This document shows, in pieces, positions 19,400-30,606 of a stretch of DNA of 39,007 nucleotides. The notes below the pieces were generated by a model. It had not been told where the DNA came from and ran no database searches. It saw only the letters and a list, made by a program, of their open reading frames with translations. This DNA is from Calditrichaceae bacterium (lineage in GTDB: Bacteria > Calditrichota > Calditrichia > Calditrichales > JBFXGD01): the NCBI GenBank assembly GCA_050178385.1, contig JBFXGD010000016.1:1-39007 (forward strand), written 5' to 3'. The stretch's first letter is position 1, and each line of letters starts with the position of its first letter. The position numbers and the translations under genes were made by a program.

Positions 19400-20326
19400 T
19401 CAAAGTCTGTGCCTCTCCTTATACAACTGCCCGATTTCGGCTCCTATAATAAAAATTATGGATGAATAATATATCCAGAATGCGACAACCGCGAAAAGGA
19501 GATAGGTGCCATATATCTTGTTTAGAGAAGCAAAATTTGAGAGATAGTACTCAAATAACTGTTGAGCGCTCACCCAGAATACCACAGCCCAAAACGCGCT
19601 GATGCTGACAACCTTTTTTTTCATTTTTCTGTAAGGAATTACCTTATAAAAAAGAAAAAACACCGCGAATAACGATATTGTAGAAAAAATGAACAGTGCA
19701 AAGGAACTGACATTAAGCGAACCAAGCCACTGAGTATATTGAAAACTTCGCGCGACGGTCTTCGCCGCGTGAAAAAATGGAAGAAGCATTGCAGAACTGA
19801 GGAAAAGAACCATCAGCAATATGACCATGCCAAAATCCCTCAGCTTAGCAATCAGAAAATGCGGGGTTTCCTTAATATTATAGACACTGTTTAGAATCGT
19901 TCTCAGGCTTGAGAAAAAACCGCTTGATGCGAGTATCAGTCCGATAACACCAAAATATCCGGCAATCTTTTTATATTTTATAAATTCTTCAACCCGTGAA
20001 TTTATAATATTTTTTACAAATGCCGAATAATTCGAGTATGGGATAAAGGTTTCAATGATTACATCTAATTGCTCCCGGATCGAAGAAATTTCCAGCAAAT
20101 TCCCCACAAGATAAAAAATCACCAGTAAAAACGGCATAATACAGGCGAACATAGAAAAGGCAAGACCGCCGCCCAGGATAAAAATATGATGATTCCCGGC
20201 ACGGGTCTTCAATCCGCTTAAATAATATAAAAGCGCTGTCTGTCCTGTTTGCTCGCTTTTTTGTTTCCGGGATACTCTTATTCTCCGGAAAAACCTGAAA
20301 TTTGAACGCGTGTTTTGTTTTTGCAA
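19400..20326 (-). CDS. YihY / virulence factor BrkB family membrane protein
   Basis: Motifs GGLAFSMFACIMPF, YKVIP, IYGT and WIYYSSIIFIIGAEI; start uncertain. Confidence 0.85.
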   Translation of the reverse strand: MQKQNTRSNFRFFRRIRVSRKQKSEQTGQTALLYYLSGLKTRAGNHHIFILGGGLAFSMFACIMPFLLVIFYLVGNLLEISSIREQLDVIIETFIPYSNYSAFVKNIINSRVEEFIKYKKIAGYFGVIGLILASSGFFSSLRTILNSVYNIKETPHFLIAKLRDFGMVILLMVLFLSSAMLLPFFHAAKTVARSFQYTQWLGSLNVSSFALFIFSTISLFAVFFLFYKVIPYRKMKKKVVSISAFWAVVFWVSAQQLFEYYLSNFASLNKIYGTYLLFAVVAFWIYYSSIIFIIGAEIGQLYKERHRL

Positions 20327-20434
20327 AATTCCTCTTTATGGCATATTTAATGTTACTTGAATGTAAAATTGCTTTCCTAATATATCAATAACTATGGAAT
20401 TATTTTATCGGCAGACCATAGTAATATTCTGACA

Positions 20435-20463
20435 TTGATGTAGACCCATTTCTTTGTTAAAAT
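20435..20463 (+). promoter_or_regulatory. Putative sigma70 promoter for the MFS gene
   Basis: TTGATG-N17-TAAAAT with an extended -10 TG. Confidence 0.4.
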
Positions 20464-20536
20464 ATTTATATTCAAGATTAGACATAATTAACCAAAAAAA
20501 TCAATACTTTTTGCTATTCGGCGGAGCATTATCAGC

Positions 20537-21760
20537 TTGAAAATTGATTCCCGCATGACCTCCATCTTTGTGGTGGCCTTCCTGAATCTCATTGGATTTG
20601 GAATTATCATTCCTCTGCTGCCGTATTACGCGGAAACATTCGGAGCGCATCCTACCCAGGTGGGCTTTCTGGTTGCTTCCTACGCGGGCGCTCAACTAAT
20701 CGGCGCGCCGCTCATCGGAAGGTTTTCTGATAAATACGGCAGACGGCCGGCGTTAATGTACAGCATTGCCGGTTCCATTTTCGGATATATGCTGTTCGCG
20801 TCCGCCTCATCGTTGTCACTTCTCTTTTTCAGCCGCATTGTGTCCGGTTTTATGAGCGGAAATATTTCCGTGGCCCAGGCGTATATCGCCGATATCACCG
20901 ATGAGAAGGATCGCGCCAAAGGGCTGGGTCTTATTGCCGCCGCTTTCGGGCTCGGTTTTATAACAGGTCCGGCTCTGGGAGGCGCATTGAGTATATGGGG
21001 CTATGACGCGCCTGCTTACGCTGCGGGAATCCTGAACCTTCTCAGTCTTTTGGCGGTATTTCATTGGCTTCCTGAAACGCTATCGGTGGAAGACCGGGAA
21101 AACCATTTAGTTAATCAGAATCCGCCCATGAGTTTTTCAGCGCTATCAGATGCACTAACCCGGCCTTTGGTTGGAACTTTGCTGCAAATGCGCTTTTTTT
21201 TCAGCCTGGCGTTCGCGATGTTTACGACGGTTTTTGCATTGTTTGCTCAATACCGCCTTGAGCTTGACGCCCAGTCAACCGGATATATACTTGCCTATGT
21301 AGGCCTGTTGATTGTGATTGTTCAGGCATTTGCAATTGGCGTATTAACAGCCAGGATTAGTGAAGGACGTTTGCTCTTTAGTTCCATGGTGTTAATGGGA
21401 TTTTCTCTCTTAATTTGGGCCTTTACCTACACGGTCCCTGTACTTCTGATTGTTCTCGTACCTTTGGCATTATCCAGCGGTGTTTTCAATACCGTAATCA
21501 ACAGCTCGCTGAGTATAGCGGTTTCAAAGAAAGAAATTGGAGGCATTCTTGGAATTTCGGCGTCTCTCGACAGCTTTACCCGAGTCATCGCACCGTCCGC
21601 CGGCGGTTATGTCCTGGAACAATACGGCGCGTCCGCTCCGGGGATTGTCAGCGCGCTGCTACTGATTTTGCTCATCCCGCTCGCGTGGAAACGATTTATA
21701 TCCAGCCCTCATCCCGCCTTGAACAGTAATCAAAAAACACCGGATAATCAGGAGAGATGA
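20537..21760 (+). CDS. MFS transporter, DHA1/TetA-like efflux family
   Basis: GFGIIIPLLP, motif A GRFSDKYGRRP, AYIADIT, motif C GFITGPALGG; TTG start with GGAG SD. Confidence 0.92.
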   Translation: MKIDSRMTSIFVVAFLNLIGFGIIIPLLPYYAETFGAHPTQVGFLVASYAGAQLIGAPLIGRFSDKYGRRPALMYSIAGSIFGYMLFASASSLSLLFFSRIVSGFMSGNISVAQAYIADITDEKDRAKGLGLIAAAFGLGFITGPALGGALSIWGYDAPAYAAGILNLLSLLAVFHWLPETLSVEDRENHLVNQNPPMSFSALSDALTRPLVGTLLQMRFFFSLAFAMFTTVFALFAQYRLELDAQSTGYILAYVGLLIVIVQAFAIGVLTARISEGRLLFSSMVLMGFSLLIWAFTYTVPVLLIVLVPLALSSGVFNTVINSSLSIAVSKKEIGGILGISASLDSFTRVIAPSAGGYVLEQYGASAPGIVSALLLILLIPLAWKRFISSPHPALNSNQKTPDNQER

Positions 21761-24700
21761 ACCGGGAAGGCATCCTTTATTTCACCAATCTTTTCCTCAA
21801 AGAAATCCTCAATTTCAAGAACTTCTGCCGCGCTGAAAGTCCGCTGATATAAACGATCCGGTTTTATAAAATACAAACTGATGCCATATTGCCCCTGGTC
21901 CGGGAAAAGCCGGCTTAAAAGCAGGGCATAGGATTTAATCTGCCATTCGTATTTGCGGCCTTCACTTTCAATTTGGGCTTCGGTGATCCGGTTTGTTTTA
22001 TAATCAACGACCTGCCATTCTCCGCTTTCAATTCTGTAAATCCGGTCAAGAGTCCCGGTAAAGTAATCATCTCCGATTTTCATTGTAACGGATATTTCAT
22101 TTTTGGCGTCAACCGCCCGGATTATTTCTCTGCCTACCGGTGACTGAAGGATATCCCTGCTCAGATTTTCCAATTCCAATCTGAATTCTTCCCTTAAAGT
22201 GGTCTCAAAAATATCAAATTCAAATAATATCTGATCAATGATTTTTTCTTCCGGGGTTGTATCTTCATTCATCAGTTCCAGATACCTATGCACCATTTTA
22301 CCCTTCAACAACGCATGATCTGTCTTTCTGACATCATCCGCAAAGGTCTCATAATCACCTTCAAAAAAGCCGAGATGATATCTGCGGAAATATTCATCCT
22401 TATCCTTTAGATAAGTCATGATCTGAGTCGCGGAGAATGTCCTGCCGCGGACTTCACCTTCCAATGCCACTAAATATTCCGGTGTTATCTCAGTATGTTT
22501 TTCATCCCCGATGGCAATTTGCGTGAGACGGCCCAGACCTTTATAAAAACTTTCATAATCACTTTCCGGTGTTCCGGTATCGTCAAAGCCGGTTACAATC
22601 GGGACAATGAATTCTTCTGTTTCAATTTTTTCAATTTCGTTTATTGACGGCAAATCTAACCCGAAACGGCTGAAAATCCAGCTCAATGGTGAATCCGCCT
22701 CAATTTTCTCCTTCTTAACAGCTGAAGAGAGAAACAGATAATTGCTTGATCTTGTCACGGCAACATAGAAAAGACGTTTTAGTTCGGCGGTCTGCTTGCG
22801 GTGTTCACGAATCTTAATCAGTCGATGAAGAAGATGATCCTGCGAGTCCTTTCCATCGCCGCTTGACCTCAATTTGGCGCTAAACCCTAAATTTGTATCG
22901 ATGAGCATTGAAGATCTTCTGTTTTTCTGCTCCTGATTGAGATAGGGCGCGAAAACAACAGGAAACTGCAGCCCCTTGGAAGCATGGATGGTCATAATCT
23001 TTACAGTCCCTCTGTCCTCAAGGGTCACCTGAGCTTCGGCTTCTTTTATTTCTCTGTCGATTAAATCTTCCACACTGCTCATAAAATCCTGAAATCCGCC
23101 CAATCCCCCACTGTCAAAGGCATTTGCAAGATTGATGACTTTCTCCAGATTAGCGGAAAGCTGTTCGCCGTCCAGCTCGGCGCTCAATACCGCCTTCAAT
23201 CTCACATCATCAATAATCATATTTAGTAAATCGAACAGGCTCATGCGATCCCGGCATTCTATCCATTTCAGAGCCAGGGCTGCGGCATCACGAAGTTGTT
23301 CAATATCAACTTCAGAATATCCGGTCTGATTAAATTCCGCGGAAAGTTTTTCAAGATATGTATTGCCCTCTTCACGGGCGAGGAGATACAAGGCGCTGTC
23401 CGGGATTAAAAACAATCTTGACCGCAGAAGCGCTATCAGGGCAAAGTCATCCATGGGATTGCTGATAAATCTGAGTAAATGGTAAAAATCAAAAATTTCC
23501 TGACGCTGCCAGAAGCCAATCCCACCGATGGTTTTAAATGGTATTCCTTTTCGCCTGAGCGCTTCTTCTACTTTAAGCAGGCGATTTCTGTTTTTTAACA
23601 GGATTGCGATGTCACCATACTCAAGCGGCAGCTCTTTTTCTTCTTTATCCCATTTATAACAGGGCATCGAACCGTCTATCAAATTTCTTATCTTCCAGGC
23701 GATGTATTCCGCCTCACCGGGTGACCCGGGATCAGTGGAGTCAAGAATCGCCAGCTCTGCCCAGCCTTTTCCGGGCAAATCGCGTTTTGATGTCAGCGGA
23801 TTATAGTCCACCTCGAACGGATTTTCAGGGTCTTCCCTAAGTATATCTCTAAACAGGTGATTGATAAACGCGTTCAATCGCGGCAGAAACCGGAAACTCT
23901 CGGTAAAAATCACATTACCGTCGTATTCGGCTTCGCTTTTATATCCCGCCTTCTCAGCAAACACATTTTTCACGTGTCTGAATACGCGAATGTCCGCATT
24001 GCGAAAACCATATATAGACTGCTTCGGATCGCCTACGACGAACACTTTTTCCAGCCCGGATCCCTTATTTCCCAATGCCGTGACTATCTGCCACTGAAGC
24101 TCATTTGTATCCTGAAACTCATCAACCATGATATATTCAAACCTGCTTTGAAATTCCGTTAACACCGTTTTATTTTCTGTCAGAAGTTTTAATGACAGTG
24201 ATTGCAGGTCCTCAAAATCAACGCACCCCTGGTCCTCTTTCATTTCGACATATTGCATCCGGACCAGCTCAAACAGATCAATAAATATTTTTAGCAGCCT
24301 GAACCATTTGCGGTCAGTTTCATTTGGCGGTTCACCCGGATCAACTGTTTGAATATTCTGAGCATGAATTTCAGACATATCACTCAATTGTTTTACTAAG
24401 GGACGCGCTGGTGGCGACCACCCGTTATTCGTTCCTAAATAGGCTAAATTTTTGTACGCTATTCCTTTTCCGGTTGTTGATTGTCTGATCAGGCGAAGAA
24501 ATGCTGCCCTGGTTTGTAAATCATCCGTATTGCGTCTGTAATTTCCCCGCAGAGAGTTCATCGTGTCCAGTATATCATTACCGGCTTTATTCTTATCCGC
24601 AACGCTGTCCAGCGCGACAATCTGATCGCTTATTTGGACAAATTCGTCAATATTCGGATTCCCCAAACTTTGACTGAAGAGTTCAAGCCAGGAATTCTCT

Positions 24701-25308
24701 AAAAATTTTATATGCTCTTCTTCATTCCGGTCCCGGTAATTTTCAATTATCCGATTCATTTCCCAGGGTTTTCCCAGAGCTTCCCGCAGCATATCAACAA
24801 TTGATTTCCCGGGCAGTTCGATAAAGAGCTTTGCCCATTTTTCAATTTCTGATTTCTCTTTACTGCTGTCGATTTTTTCAAAAATTTGTTTTATCGCATC
24901 ATTTATCAATACCGATTGCTTTATTTCATCCATTACAGAGAAATCGGGCACAAGACCCGCTTCCAGCGGAAATTCACGCAGAAGCCGTGAGCAGAATCCG
25001 TGTATTGTTGAGATAAAAGCCGAATTCAGCTGATCACGAATCATAAGCAGCTTTTTTCGTTCATCCGGATTTTTAGTATCAGCCAGTTTCCGGTTGACTT
25101 CATCCGCAATACGTTCCTGCATTTCACCCGCGGCTTTATCAGTAAATGTAATTGCAAGGACTTTTCTGACTTTGCGCGGATCAAGCATTACAATTTTCAG
25201 GTAACGGTCAACGAGAATTTTTGTCTTCCCCGACCCGGCGCCCGCGGTAACAGAAACATTTTTATCCAGTACCAGCGCTTTTTGCTGAGCAATGGTCAAT
25301 TCCGGCAT
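21748..25308 (-). CDS. addA: AddA-like UvrD helicase / PD-(D/E)xK nuclease
   Basis: AGAGSGKT, ITFTDKAAGEM, STIHGFC, VDEFQDT, VGDPKQSIYGFR, MTIHASKGLQF, YVAVTR, and a C-terminal nuclease GTLDR…VDYKT. Confidence 0.92.
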   Translation of the reverse strand: MPELTIAQQKALVLDKNVSVTAGAGSGKTKILVDRYLKIVMLDPRKVRKVLAITFTDKAAGEMQERIADEVNRKLADTKNPDERKKLLMIRDQLNSAFISTIHGFCSRLLREFPLEAGLVPDFSVMDEIKQSVLINDAIKQIFEKIDSSKEKSEIEKWAKLFIELPGKSIVDMLREALGKPWEMNRIIENYRDRNEEEHIKFLENSWLELFSQSLGNPNIDEFVQISDQIVALDSVADKNKAGNDILDTMNSLRGNYRRNTDDLQTRAAFLRLIRQSTTGKGIAYKNLAYLGTNNGWSPPARPLVKQLSDMSEIHAQNIQTVDPGEPPNETDRKWFRLLKIFIDLFELVRMQYVEMKEDQGCVDFEDLQSLSLKLLTENKTVLTEFQSRFEYIMVDEFQDTNELQWQIVTALGNKGSGLEKVFVVGDPKQSIYGFRNADIRVFRHVKNVFAEKAGYKSEAEYDGNVIFTESFRFLPRLNAFINHLFRDILREDPENPFEVDYNPLTSKRDLPGKGWAELAILDSTDPGSPGEAEYIAWKIRNLIDGSMPCYKWDKEEKELPLEYGDIAILLKNRNRLLKVEEALRRKGIPFKTIGGIGFWQRQEIFDFYHLLRFISNPMDDFALIALLRSRLFLIPDSALYLLAREEGNTYLEKLSAEFNQTGYSEVDIEQLRDAAALALKWIECRDRMSLFDLLNMIIDDVRLKAVLSAELDGEQLSANLEKVINLANAFDSGGLGGFQDFMSSVEDLIDREIKEAEAQVTLEDRGTVKIMTIHASKGLQFPVVFAPYLNQEQKNRRSSMLIDTNLGFSAKLRSSGDGKDSQDHLLHRLIKIREHRKQTAELKRLFYVAVTRSSNYLFLSSAVKKEKIEADSPLSWIFSRFGLDLPSINEIEKIETEEFIVPIVTGFDDTGTPESDYESFYKGLGRLTQIAIGDEKHTEITPEYLVALEGEVRGRTFSATQIMTYLKDKDEYFRRYHLGFFEGDYETFADDVRKTDHALLKGKMVHRYLELMNEDTTPEEKIIDQILFEFDIFETTLREEFRLELENLSRDILQSPVGREIIRAVDAKNEISVTMKIGDDYFTGTLDRIYRIESGEWQVVDYKTNRITEAQIESEGRKYEWQIKSYALLLSRLFPDQGQYGISLYFIKPDRLYQRTFSAAEVLEIEDFFEEKIGEIKDAFPVHLS

Positions 25309-25456
25309 GATTTTCCTTCTTGTTGTCGGACTTCCTCTTATAGCTGCCCGTATTATTGATTTTGTTAAAAAATTTCTGAGCGAATTTTACTTAACTCTCT
25401 GCTTTACTTCCAGTATTCAGGGGGATGCTAAATTTCATCCAAATGACAGACGGGTA

Positions 25457-28400
25457 TTACTCATCCTCATTATTCTCATCTCTCCCGGCCATCTTATTTA
25501 GTTTCGCCGCGTTTTTCTGACACATACGGCGGTATTCGCAAAGACTCTTGCAAAAATATTCCCCCGGATGCATGGTATGCCGGAACATTCCGTTTTTTAA
25601 CTCTTCGACTTTGTCCACCGCTGTGGCAAGGGAATGTTCAAGCAATTCATTAAAAGTCATTTCGTTTCCGGCATCATCGGTGACTTTTTTATTCGGCAGC
25701 GAAGCATTGCTTCTTCCTAAATCAAAATTAATTTCGTTTTTGTCAGCCATAACCGGAATTCGTTTACAGTTATCCGCATCCTTCACCTGAAAATATCCGG
25801 CATAGACCGGATCCAATTCCGGTTTGAGTTTTTGAAGGGCTAAGATATAAAAGGGCAGCTGAAAGCTGATTCCGTTAAGAATCTGTTTTGCCTTAATTTT
25901 TTCAGCCTTTGTGCCGGTTTTGTAATCAAATATCAATATCTGGTCTTTTGAATTGATATCCGCGCGATCGAGCTTACCGCTTAATCGTATGCTTCCCTTG
26001 TCATTTTCAAGGCGTACGGTTGTTTTAACTGATGACTTGTCCTCGGCCGAATCCCCCGTGTATCCGAATGAATATTCCAGTAATGCGGGCGCGAATCCAG
26101 TTTGCTCTATCTGATCCTGATCATGCTCAAGAAAAACATCCAGCAGGCCTTTTGAGTCAGGCAGACCGAAATATCTTTTTTTCTCAAGATCCCAGAAGAA
26201 GCCATGAAACGGCAGCGCGGCAAAAACTTCTTCGGCAATCTGAAAAAGCCGTTCTCTGTGCCTTGATGGATGCATCTGTTCTCCTTTTTCGACCAGTTCA
26301 GAATAGAACCTGTACAGAATTTCATGAACGGTGTTACCCCGTTCAAGGCTGGTCATTTCCTCTTCAAATTCGGGTGTTTCTTCAATTTTCAGTTTTCGTT
26401 TTAAATAATAAAACATTGGACAGAATGCGTAATCTTCCAGTGAACTGATGGACCATCCAAAATCTTTATAAATTTCAGACAGCTCTTCAGTAACCGAAGA
26501 TATGGATTCCAGATTGCCTTCAAAAACTGAAAAACCGTTGGCTGTAATTCGCTTCCTGGATTGTCCCATACGACTCAGAACGCTTTTAAGATCATGACGC
26601 GTCCAGCCTCCGGTTTCATCAGACATGGAGACCAATTTTTTAGCGGCTTCTTCCGCCCCGGTGATTTTATTCTGCTGAAGTTTTAGGCCGATCTGTTCCC
26701 AGAGACTATTGGGACTGTATAAATAAGTTTCATCAGGTATATCGGCGAATTTTATATTTGCGATATCAGCGAGTTCCGAAACAAATGTAGAAGTCACGAG
26801 TGCCCGTTCGCCCTCGTACTTCGGATAGGTTAGAATAATAGAGTCGGCTCCTGAATCGAGCAAATTATAAAACATAAAGCGATCCTGATCCAGCAGTTCC
26901 TCCGCCGCGACCAATCCCATCCTGGCTCTCACCGGATCGCTGAAAAAGATATCTTTTGATGAACTTCTGGGGAAATCACCATCCACCAGCCCTCCGATCA
27001 TCAAGACATCAAAGTCCAATGCCTGAATTTCCAGACGAGGCATGATCTGGACACCGAATCCCGGCCATTCGGTCAGATTAAAAGAAGCACGTTCTACCGC
27101 TGTTTGCAGATGCCTGATAAAAACATCGAGAGTGATGGGTTTTCCCCGGCTGAGAAACTCCATCGTCCAGATGAACTTATCAAACAGTTTCATAAACCGG
27201 TTAAAAGCCCGGAATTCCTTTTCCTTTTGCCTTTCGGTCAAATATTTATTTTCGGCGGTATACCAGGTTAAAAGTCCGTACGTCTTTAGCAGTTTTATAA
27301 AATGCGACCGGAATTCAGCAATATTCGCTTTTTGGGGAATTAAAAGAAATGACGATATAAAGCCGTTTAGTTTATCAATTTCAGAAAATATATCCTTCCC
27401 CGATTTATAATTCTGTTTTTTTGAGATTTTATCCTGCCACCCGGGGCGTAAATATTTAATCCGGTTTTCCACAATCAATTTATAAAGCGCGATGGTATCT
27501 ATCGGGTCTTTTTTATAAATCAGGTTGGAATTAAGAAGATCAAATACTTTCTGATATTCAAAACCCGATTCCACCAGACGTAACGTGTTTAGAAAAGCCA
27601 GTATAAGAGGGGATTGGTTCAGACTATAACCTGTTGACAGATTAAATGGAATACCGTGTTCACTAAAAACCTGCCGGATCAGCGGTACATATCTCTCCAT
27701 ATCGCTGAATGTCACCGCAATCTTCTCAAGTGGAATATTTTTATTCCGATGAAGATCACGGGCTTTGGCGGCCATAAAGGCAACTTCATCACGCCGGTTT
27801 GTGAGCGGCTGAACCTCCACACGGTTATTCAGGTCACTTTTTATCTCTTCGTTGTGGCCGCGGTTAAAAAGTCTCAGCGCAAGCGGTCCCGGAGACAAAT
27901 CGTCTTCCACTTGTGCTCCCATCACTTCAAGACGGGAAATAACAGTTGATGTATGTCTGAATAAATCCTGATTATGATCAACGTATTCGATTTTTATGTG
28001 AACCGGACACCACCCCCTGATTTTCCCTATAAATTCATACATTGCGGGAGTGAACAACCCATAACCACTAATATAAACACATCGGGTTTGCGGAAATATC
28101 CGCTTAAACGATTTCTCATCAAGTAATTTCGCGGCCGTATGCATAGCAAAGGCTTCATCGATCAGATTATCTCCAAGCAATTCCTCAAGTTTGGACAGCA
28201 GCAGTTTAAAATCATTGAGTTTCAGCTGATTCTCACTTAAATCGGCCAGATCAACGTCATCAAAATTGGATGAAGAATAACCAAATCTGCGCAGTTCATT
28301 GATCATATCACTCGTTTTTTTGACCAATCCCCCGGGAATTTTATCTTTTGCCGGCAGGTATTTCAGCTCCCTGAAATTCGACCTTAACAGCTCTTCGACC

Positions 28401-28705
28401 ATAAACAGCTGCATATCGCTGTTAATAATCCGCTTTCGGGATGGAAGATTTTCATAAAGTTTCAAAAGAACCTGATCAAAGGTAAAAATCGGCGGATCAA
28501 TTAACGCGTTACCCCGCGCCGAATCCAGCAGGCTTTTTTTAAAGAGCCGTACCGCCCTGTTGACCGGTAATATGGCCAGATAATCTGATATTCCTTCATC
28601 AACCCGTTTTTTAATTTGGTCATCAAAATAATAATACTTTTTCAGCGCCCCTTTGTAGATATAAAGCTGGCTCATAGATTCTGCTATTTCCTTTTTGTGA
28701 TTCAT
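25457..28705 (-). CDS. addB: AddB-like nuclease subunit with Fe-S staple
   Basis: GGLVDGDFP, ISSLEDYAFCP, ERGNTVH, GKLDRAD…FDYKTG, QLPFY and CKSLCEYRRMC (4 Cys). Start may be ATG 28675. Confidence 0.88.
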   Translation of the reverse strand: MNHKKEIAESMSQLYIYKGALKKYYYFDDQIKKRVDEGISDYLAILPVNRAVRLFKKSLLDSARGNALIDPPIFTFDQVLLKLYENLPSRKRIINSDMQLFMVEELLRSNFRELKYLPAKDKIPGGLVKKTSDMINELRRFGYSSSNFDDVDLADLSENQLKLNDFKLLLSKLEELLGDNLIDEAFAMHTAAKLLDEKSFKRIFPQTRCVYISGYGLFTPAMYEFIGKIRGWCPVHIKIEYVDHNQDLFRHTSTVISRLEVMGAQVEDDLSPGPLALRLFNRGHNEEIKSDLNNRVEVQPLTNRRDEVAFMAAKARDLHRNKNIPLEKIAVTFSDMERYVPLIRQVFSEHGIPFNLSTGYSLNQSPLILAFLNTLRLVESGFEYQKVFDLLNSNLIYKKDPIDTIALYKLIVENRIKYLRPGWQDKISKKQNYKSGKDIFSEIDKLNGFISSFLLIPQKANIAEFRSHFIKLLKTYGLLTWYTAENKYLTERQKEKEFRAFNRFMKLFDKFIWTMEFLSRGKPITLDVFIRHLQTAVERASFNLTEWPGFGVQIMPRLEIQALDFDVLMIGGLVDGDFPRSSSKDIFFSDPVRARMGLVAAEELLDQDRFMFYNLLDSGADSIILTYPKYEGERALVTSTFVSELADIANIKFADIPDETYLYSPNSLWEQIGLKLQQNKITGAEEAAKKLVSMSDETGGWTRHDLKSVLSRMGQSRKRITANGFSVFEGNLESISSVTEELSEIYKDFGWSISSLEDYAFCPMFYYLKRKLKIEETPEFEEEMTSLERGNTVHEILYRFYSELVEKGEQMHPSRHRERLFQIAEEVFAALPFHGFFWDLEKKRYFGLPDSKGLLDVFLEHDQDQIEQTGFAPALLEYSFGYTGDSAEDKSSVKTTVRLENDKGSIRLSGKLDRADINSKDQILIFDYKTGTKAEKIKAKQILNGISFQLPFYILALQKLKPELDPVYAGYFQVKDADNCKRIPVMADKNEINFDLGRSNASLPNKKVTDDAGNEMTFNELLEHSLATAVDKVEELKNGMFRHTMHPGEYFCKSLCEYRRMCQKNAAKLNKMAGRDENNEDE

Positions 28706-28720
28706 CCCGGAACGGGATCA

Positions 28721-30565
28721 CTATTGTTTTATTGGCTGCCTGCGGATTTGAGTCGTTTTATCTTTTCTTGGAAAATCGAGTATGAATTTTGTGCCTTTCC
28801 CTTCTGCGCTTTCAAACGTGAGACGCCCATCATGCGCTTCCATGATGTTTTTACTCACGGCTAAACCGATTCCGCCGCCGTCATTTTTTGTCGTAAAATA
28901 CAGTTCAAACAACCGCTGCTGCACCTCCGCCGACATCCCCTGACCATCATCCTGAATTTCAGCGAAGATCCGGTCGTTTGAGCTCCTTGTTTTAATTAAC
29001 ACCATTCCGTTTTGATTGATAGCCTGAAAAGCATTCAATACGATATTGAGTATCACCTGCTTGAGCTGATCGGGATCGCCGTAAATAAAATCGATCGTAT
29101 CATCCAGTTGTGATTCAATACGGATATTGCGCTCGATTGCCTGCTGCTGAACTAAAAACAGGACATCTTTAAAAATGGAGTTCAGATTAATCAGATTTAA
29201 ATCCGTTTTTTTGATCCTGGCGAGATTAAAGAACTGACTGATAATCCGGTTCAGCCTTTTCACTTCATTCTGAAGCACATCAAGAGAGCGGGTTATGGTT
29301 GCGTCTTCCGTGATCTGCATCTTTTTAATTCTGACATTCAGGACTTCGGCATGAATAGCGAGCGAAGAAAGCGGATTTTTTATTTCGTGGCTGATGGATG
29401 AGGCCAGATTGGCAATGACTCCGAATTTCATTGATCTTTGCAGATTGTGCTGCAATTCATTCAGCAGCTGAAGATTTTTAAAGGAAAGTAATATACCATT
29501 TATTCTGGATTCCTCCCTCAGCACCTGAGTGGAAACACGGGTCAGCAAACTCCTGCCGTCCGGAAGCCATACAGCCATTTCCCGGTTGGCCTCCAGCGCC
29601 CCACCCCGGAACGCGTTTGCGATTACCGTTTGCAGCTCCTTGTTCTGTGATTTGATATGACTAAAATAGTCCGCAAATTCCTCGTTATTATCACACCGGA
29701 AAAGTTTTACGGCAGCATCATTATAGCTGCTGATCTGTCCCTCCTGATCCAGTAATATGATGCTCTCATCCGCAAATTTTAGTAATGCCGAAATTCTTTT
29801 TTCCGCTTTTTTATAACTTTCACTAAGAATATTTACCTTTTCGATAGACTTGTTCAGGCTCATAAATGTGTCCGTAAACTCATCATTCCCGGTGTATTTA
29901 ATCCTATAGGAAAAATCACCATCGTTTAGTTTGCTGGCCATTTTTTTAATCGACTCAAGCGGTTTTGTGTATGTCCTTGAAACAAAATAAAAAGTAAATA
30001 TGATCAATATGGTAAACACAACGGTGATTGGTACAAAGATAAGAGATAAATCCTTATAAAGCAGATATAGTTCTTTATAAGAGAGAACCAGCCGCAGATA
30101 TCCAAAAACTTTTCCCTCTTTATTTTTGAGAGGCACTATGACATCAACAACCCTGAAATTTCCTTCCCATTCCTTACTCAGGACGCGGGGCTGATCTCCG
30201 GTCAGGTTCGCCAGCTCTTTTGTCGATGTATATTTTTTCCCTTCCACCGCTTTATCGCTGCTCAGCAGAATTTTCATTTTATCATTGATCAGAAGAATGT
30301 GCAAAATACTGCCCGTCTCCGTCGTAAGCGAACTCATCAGTTTTCGTACACTGTTCTTTTCTCTTGTAGTAAGCGATTCCAGATTCTGATCCGCCGCGTT
30401 TATGAGTGTTTCTTCAACCGACCGGGCCAGCAATAGAGATGTCCGCCTGATCAATTGTTCACTAAGGTTGGAATATGTCTGGTATATCAGAAATACGCTG
30501 ATTCCCAGGGCAAGGATGAAAACCCCGATAATGATGATAATACGTTTGTAAAAAGATTTCATCAA
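28721..30565 (-). CDS. Membrane sensor histidine kinase (2 TM, HAMP, PAS, HisKA, HATPase)
   Basis: Motifs SHEIKNPL, QVILNIVLNAFQA, DDGQGM, FTTK and GGIGL. Confidence 0.93.
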   Translation of the reverse strand: MMKSFYKRIIIIIGVFILALGISVFLIYQTYSNLSEQLIRRTSLLLARSVEETLINAADQNLESLTTREKNSVRKLMSSLTTETGSILHILLINDKMKILLSSDKAVEGKKYTSTKELANLTGDQPRVLSKEWEGNFRVVDVIVPLKNKEGKVFGYLRLVLSYKELYLLYKDLSLIFVPITVVFTILIIFTFYFVSRTYTKPLESIKKMASKLNDGDFSYRIKYTGNDEFTDTFMSLNKSIEKVNILSESYKKAEKRISALLKFADESIILLDQEGQISSYNDAAVKLFRCDNNEEFADYFSHIKSQNKELQTVIANAFRGGALEANREMAVWLPDGRSLLTRVSTQVLREESRINGILLSFKNLQLLNELQHNLQRSMKFGVIANLASSISHEIKNPLSSLAIHAEVLNVRIKKMQITEDATITRSLDVLQNEVKRLNRIISQFFNLARIKKTDLNLINLNSIFKDVLFLVQQQAIERNIRIESQLDDTIDFIYGDPDQLKQVILNIVLNAFQAINQNGMVLIKTRSSNDRIFAEIQDDGQGMSAEVQQRLFELYFTTKNDGGGIGLAVSKNIMEAHDGRLTFESAEGKGTKFILDFPRKDKTTQIRRQPIKQ

Positions 30566-30606
30566 GAGTGCTCTTATTAAGTGTCAGAGTTTCAAACAGA
30601 CATTAA

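Noticed and set aside
20537..21760. MFS gene as an acquired tetracycline-resistance element
   Set aside because: Somewhat GC-richer, but there is no tetR, IS, integrase or flanking repeat; substrate cannot be inferred from the motifs.
21748..28705. Helicase plus nuclease pair as a novel anti-phage system or Cas4 module
   Set aside because: Sizes, order and motifs match housekeeping AddAB; the four-Cys Fe-S staple is a normal AddB feature.
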